From Penicillus capitatus (Eukaryota; Plantae; Chlorophyta): a stretch of 64,000 nucleotides of DNA. Each line of letters opens with the position of its first letter. The stretch's first letter is position 1. The position numbers and the translations under genes were made by a program. Where the stretch lies: contig OZ287698.1 in NCBI GenBank assembly GCA_965649825.1, positions 325,949 through 389,948 of the forward strand, given 5' to 3'. The notes under the pieces were generated by a model. It was not told where the DNA came from. It saw nothing but the letters and a program-made list of their open reading frames with translations, and searched no databases. Positions 60,663 through 64,000 of the stretch are shown piece by piece.

Positions 60663-60829
60663 CTCTCTCCATCGCTCTTCCTCACTGCACTCCTCAACAA
60701 CGGCGATCGCGAAACCAAACAAACACAGGTGGCGTTACTACTCACTCAATATGAACCGAGGAAAATCGCTCAGCCGTCAAGTCAATGTTTTGATCATGCT
60801 TGTCTTTTTCTCTGCAAGTGTATGTGCGC

Positions 60830-63800
60830 TTAAGTACAGTCGTGTGACGTATGCAACCGTTTTTTAGATGCGCCTAGCTGAAGCCACTGTCGCATGAGTT
60901 TGACAATGGAGATCGTGGCTTCCTTCGTCGCAGGCGGCGTTCTTGGATTCTCCGCCATCACGAAGTGTTCGAAACTGGACGGTTCCGTCTGTGCGCGTGC
61001 GGCCGGCTGAAGCGATATCGCGCGATCGCCCAATAGCGCCGACGACGGTAGACTGCCATACCGATTCCGTTGGCTAAGCAGCGCGGGCGCATCCAAAGTC
61101 TCCTGCATTCCGAAAGCGAACATTGAAGGAGCGGAGGCGATAATTGTCATAACGAGGGAGGGACGTATAGACACATCCAAGAAAAAAGTCTTCACCATCT
61201 CCTGTTCACAGACCACCCCCATGCGTTCTCTCCTGTCGTAGCTTGTTCATCGCAATTGCACGTAGTAGCTGTTGCTGTCTTCCACTCTACCAGGCAGAGA
61301 GCGTTGTCTGGTGTGAAAAGGAACGGATGGCACACGACCTGAGTGAGCGCCGGAATCCGGCCCTCATCCAACGGAAGGCACTCTTTGCCGAAAGGACAAA
61401 GGATAGACGCCGTGTGCCGTCGACACTCTGGTTCCGAATCCACCTCTGACGGTACCGCAGCAGGCCGACGGCGAGAAAAACGGTCAGAAAGAACACGGCG
61501 AATCCAAATGCCCAACTGTCGGCAGGAGCATTTGGCTCTCCCGACGACGATTCTGCCACCTGAGGCGCACGCATCGCCGCGAGATCAAAGGACGTGCCTC
61601 TCAGGCTAACCGTTGCGAATTCGTCGACGCCTGTGATGTGAAGCGCCGCTTCCTCATTCGCTCTTCGACATGTGTCTCCATGCACAATGCGCTTTGCGTC
61701 TTCGGCGACGACGTAACGACCGCTCTCGATGAGCTAGTCGACCAATCATCTCTCGTTTCGGCGCAAGGTATGTGCGTTCGCTCACTTCGCATTTCGGAAT
61801 TCTTTGACGGATGTCGCTGCAAGCCTTGTTCTCTCCAGTGCCAACTTGGCGAAAGCCGTAGTCACACATCTTATCATCTTCTGTGCAGCGACATGGTTGC
61901 TCAGGAAAGCGTCTGCGTTGATAATCTCCTCCATTAAGACAACGGGCATCTCTTCGTCTTTTCTCGATGCGTACAGAAGCGCCGAGCAGACATGGCGATT
62001 TCTTGTTGTCCAGCACCATCCACACTTGATAGTCTTCTGCCTTGCAGTTGTCCAGCTGAACGACCTCCCGAACGTCCAATGTGTAGACAATGCCAGACGG
62101 ATAGGTCGTCTTCTTCTCCGCCGAGCATTGCGGATGTTGAGTCCGATCGCAGGCGAGGCCGTGAATGACAAAACGTGATCGCTGGCCATCCGGTTCGATC
62201 CTGAACGACACCGTAGAGCGTTTGCCAAGAGAAGAGACGTCTTTTCATTTCTCTACCGGATTTTCTGAACGAGCATGGCTGCTTCAATGGTTATCGTATG
62301 CCAGCAGCGGCCTTCATCGACCGAGATCTTCACTGCATCCGTCGGACCTGCGAGACGGTGACGTGCCATGACTAAGATACCACCAAAGTCGCCGTATTCA
62401 AAAGTGTGCAACCCGACGGCCACGTCGCGCCACGTGACGCCGCCGTCGATCGAGAGCCATGTACAGACATCGCCATCCACAAGCCCATGCAATCCAACCA
62501 TGCCGACACCCATTAACACGCCTGGAGCGCTGTCGTGTGAATAGACGACGGTTGCGGACGGCGATCCATCGCGACCCCAAACGGCTGATCCGTGGAGATT
62601 GAGATAGCAATGATCACCCGGAACGCAACGATTGCATTCCGAATGCGTAAAGCGATCCGGTGCCGAGATCCGTTCCCACGTTACCCCGCCGTTGTACGTG
62701 ACCTTCGTGATAAACGTCCCGCTGTCCGACACCTGACGGACGTGGCGCGATTCGAGTTCTTGATTGGCAACGTAAGCTCCGGGGAGTCCCCGAATGAGCT
62801 CGAAGTCAACGACGCGTGTTACGGAGTCGTAACGAAGCCTCGGCAGCGTCTCGGTATAGATCGCTGCATGTGACGCCGAGGCATAGACAATGCTCGATCT
62901 CTTGATGGCTTCGAATCCCGCCAACGCAGTGCGTTGCGTATGAAACACAATAACAAAGGCGCCATCTCCATCATGCGTCACCACCGTAGAATAGCCAGAT
63001 TGCTAAGGAACCTGCCGCTGGCGACGGTTAGGAAGATGGGCCAAACCTGCAGAGCGACTGGGACGCACGCTTCGTGGAATGTCTGGCCGGCGTCGGTACT
63101 GACGTGAAGTGTGACGCCTTTCAGCCAGTCCATCGATTCGGAGACAGATCTCTCTTTGCCGTAGATGTCGACAGGACAGGCGTTTGAGATGCCAAGGAGA
63201 ACGACGCCGGAGGTGATTTCGAACTGAACGCCGCAAGGAACGGTCTTCGTTTCGGGCGTCTGGAAAAAATCTTCCGATGCGACAAAGTGCACGTCCTTGT
63301 CCCAACCGACATACAAGCCTTTCATCTGATCTGCCTCTTTGTAAACGGTGGCCAGAACTAACATCTCCGACGGCAAACCATTCTAAAACACATGTCTATG
63401 TATCCGCTTTGAATCGCACGGCCTGATCGACTTTGCTTTTCGCGTTCCATCCCCAGTCAAAATCGACAAAGGCAACGATACCGTCCGCTGCCGCCGTTAG
63501 ATTTCGCCACAGCTGATCACCCCAGAGATCCTGACACGCATGCGTTGCGAGACAGCGGAGAGGGACGACTGCAGGCGACTGTGGTGAGGAAGAGATCTTT
63601 GGAGCAGTCAGGGGTGAAGACGAATTGCCTGTCGTCGCATGCGTCGCGTTCGACAAGGGCCAATGCCCATGCTTCACGCTTCGGGTGCATTTTGATCAGG
63701 TGATCGCTCCCCGTCGTTCTTCCCGGCGTCTCCACAGCTCGTACGGACGCGCCGCCATCTGTCGAAATCCAATGATAGTTGCCCGCGCCTTGGAAGAAGA

Positions 63801-64000
63801 GGCGTTCGCTGTCGTGTGCGCTAGCAAAGATCCGCACGACGCCGTAAATCGCTTGATCGTCTACACGTCTTTTCGGAAGTGCCTCTGCAAAAGAAAACCC
63901 AGGCTGGCGAGAGGTTTATGTGAGATCTGAGAATTACGGTTAAAAAAGAGTGACATATCTTCGAACGTCGCGCCTTTGTCTGTCGAGCGCCAGACGCGTC
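60830..64000 (-). CDS. VPS10-domain (sortilin-like) type I membrane receptor; 5' end lies outside the window
   Basis: BNR/Asp-box repeats (STDGGAS, STDAGQTF, TYNGGVTW, SIDGGVTW, SVDEGRCW), GDFGGILV, the 10CC region CRCTEDDKMCDYGF, and a TM segment near 61470-61530. The cytosolic tail end is approximate. Confidence 0.85.

Noticed and set aside
669-64000. Introner-like repeated intron family
   Set aside because: Introns share only the 8-11-nt motifs. I saw no end-to-end similarity, terminal inverted repeats or target-site duplications.
1-64000. rRNA or tRNA genes
   Set aside because: I recognised no conserved rRNA segments or cloverleaf and box A/B patterns by eye. tRNAscan-SE/Infernal would be needed to exclude them.

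Overview
This is an extremely gene-dense eukaryotic nuclear window, most likely from a compact-genome chlorophyte green alga. That assignment is an inference from the gene complement, plastid-type transit peptides and TGTAA poly(A)-like signals. It holds about 36 protein-coding loci split by short (about 49-60 nt where I counted) GT-AG introns, plus one GC-AG intron. Most genes are housekeeping: CstF77, NOT3, THG1, FIG4/SAC, prohibitin, polyprenol reductase, METTL4, IPK, RNA exonuclease, NRPC2, VPS52, threonine dehydratase, acetate CoA-transferase, EF-P, MYB, L2HGDH, SYS1 and a VPS10-domain protein. I found no rRNA, tRNA or CRISPR array. The notable items are these. (1) The 8-mer GATGTGAC/GTCACATC occurs about 40 times by manual count against about 2 expected; it sits in tiny divergent promoters, tandem gene junctions and introns, and a second motif, AAGAGTGA(GA), accompanies it. 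(2) Gene spacing is ultra-tight: divergent ATGs 36-66 bp apart, a stop-to-ATG gap of 11 nt, and convergent CDSs overlapping by 7 nt. (3) An 813-bp TRIM-like mini LTR retroelement has identical 132-bp LTRs, a 4-bp TSD, a PBS and a PPT, and lies next to a decayed DNA ligase I fragment. (4) A pVHL-like beta-domain gene, hidden across short exons, keeps the hydroxyproline-pocket residues. (5) A small stand-alone GCR1_C-like DNA-binding domain gene is present. All exon structures and coordinates were worked out by hand; no database search was run.
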